In this document: piece after piece, positions 62,995 to 64,000 of the stretch
Numbering within the stretch: position 1 is the first letter of the stretch
How the letters are laid out: each line of letters starts with the position of its first letter
Source of the DNA: an uncultured Chloroflexia bacterium
GTDB taxonomy: Bacteria > Chloroflexota > Anaerolineae > B4-G1 > SLSP01
NCBI GenBank assembly: GCA_963751345.1
Contig: CAVVUS010000023.1
Coordinates: 128,001-192,000 of the forward strand
DNA length: 64,000 nucleotides
Direction: 5' to 3'
Translations under genes and position numbers: made by a program
Notes under the pieces: generated by a model
Database searches by the model: none
What the model was told of the DNA's origin: nothing
Seen by the model: only the letters and a program-made list of their open reading frames with translations

Positions 62995-64000
62995 ATGACA
63001 CAGGCCGATGCGCGTGCCCTGGGCTTCTCGCGTGCTTTCTATGCATGCTTCTATGGGGCATCGGCGTGCCTGATGCCCTTTCTCGCCATCTACTACAGCG
63101 GGCTCGGTTTCAGTGGCCGGCAGATCGGTGTCCTGCGGGGAATCGCGCCGATCGTGACGCTGATTGCCGCCCCGCTGTGGAGTGCCCTGGCCGACGCCAG
63201 CCGGCGCCACAAGGCGCTATGGATTGCCGCGATTGTCGGGTCGTGGTTGGCGGTGCTGGTGCTCTCGCTCGCCTCGTCCTACGCCGTGCTGATCGCCATC
63301 GTGCTGGCACAGGCGCTCCTCGGGGCACCGGTCATGCCGCTTGCCGACAGCGCGGTGATTGGGCTGCTCGGCGAGCACCGGGAGCGCTATGGGACGCAGC
63401 GTCTCTGGGGCGCCGTTGGGTGGGGTGTCGGTGGGCTCTTGATCGGCTTCGTCATCCAGCGGTACGGCCTCACGTGGTCCTTCGTCGGATACCTGATCCT
63501 GATGGCCTGCGCGGGCTTGATGGCTGCAGCCATTCCGGTCACTAAGGTCTCAACCGTGCGGCGTTCATACCGGTCAGACGTGCGTGAATTGTTGTCAAAT
63601 CCTTCATGGCTGGTTTTTCTGCTGGCGGCCCTCATCGGCGGTCTCTACATGACGACCGAGGTCAATTTCCTGATGCTTTATATGTCCTCGCTGGGTGCCG
63701 GCGAGGGACTGATGGGTGTGGCGCTGGTGCTCAGCACCGTCGGCGAGATCCCGGTGTGGGCCGTCTCGCCCTATTTATTGCGGCGGCTGGGGCCGCGCGG
63801 GACTGCTCTCCGTCGCACTCCTATCGGGTACGGTTCAGGGACTGGCGTTCTCCCTGATACCCTCCGCATGGTTCGTCCTGCCCATTCAGCTCCTCCACGG
63901 GCTGGCCTTCTCCGCGGCCTGGACCGCCGGGGTAGCGTACGCGGCCGATATCGCCCCTGCGGGTACCCAGGCCACGGCCCAGGGGCTCTATAGTGGCGTG
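62995..64000 (+). CDS. MFS transporter (MFS_1_like); runs off the right edge, frameshift near 63805, start uncertain
   Basis: PFLAIYY..LGFSGRQIG, PLW..LAD, YGTQRLWGAVGWG, GEIP. Confidence 0.85.

Noticed and set aside
1-64000. Single frameshifts in many genes (sulfatase, larA, pfkA, ltaE, AOR, clpB, panE, MFS and others) as programmed frameshifting or mass pseudogenisation
   Set aside because: They hit conserved housekeeping genes whose motifs are otherwise intact, with no shared slippery site noticed; most consistent with long-read indel errors.

Overview
GC-rich bacterial chromosome window. Gene content (NBR1-Ig, cohesin/LysM surface proteins, GT39 glycosyltransferase, many aldo-keto reductases, AOR) suggests Chloroflexota, probably Anaerolineae; this is inference. 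About 57 CDS plus tRNA-Leu(CAG). Most genes are housekeeping or metabolic: sulfatase/SLC13, pgl-gap, larA, GH31, mgtE, pfkA with kinase/SIS/ltaE, AOR, dksA-lspA-rluD, clpB, csp, panE, ABC/MFS transporters. Around 18 otherwise intact genes carry an apparent single frameshift, most simply explained by long-read indel errors. Best leads: (1) a solo HNH nuclease with a PLMP-like N-terminus (IshB-like), flanked by a predicted branched RNA and a perfect 58-bp palindrome; (2) a non-cellulosomal cohesin-dockerin plus cohesin-LysM pair; (3) an accessory island at about 42.5-50.6 kb with a DNA2-like helicase, a dead-NERD UvrD-like helicase and a decayed DUF499 ATPase; (4) a uORF/terminator leader upstream of mgtE; (5) two adjacent apparent pseudoenzymes (RluD without the catalytic Asp, nitrilase without the catalytic Cys). 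All family calls come from motif recognition by eye; no searches were run, and frameshift positions are approximate.
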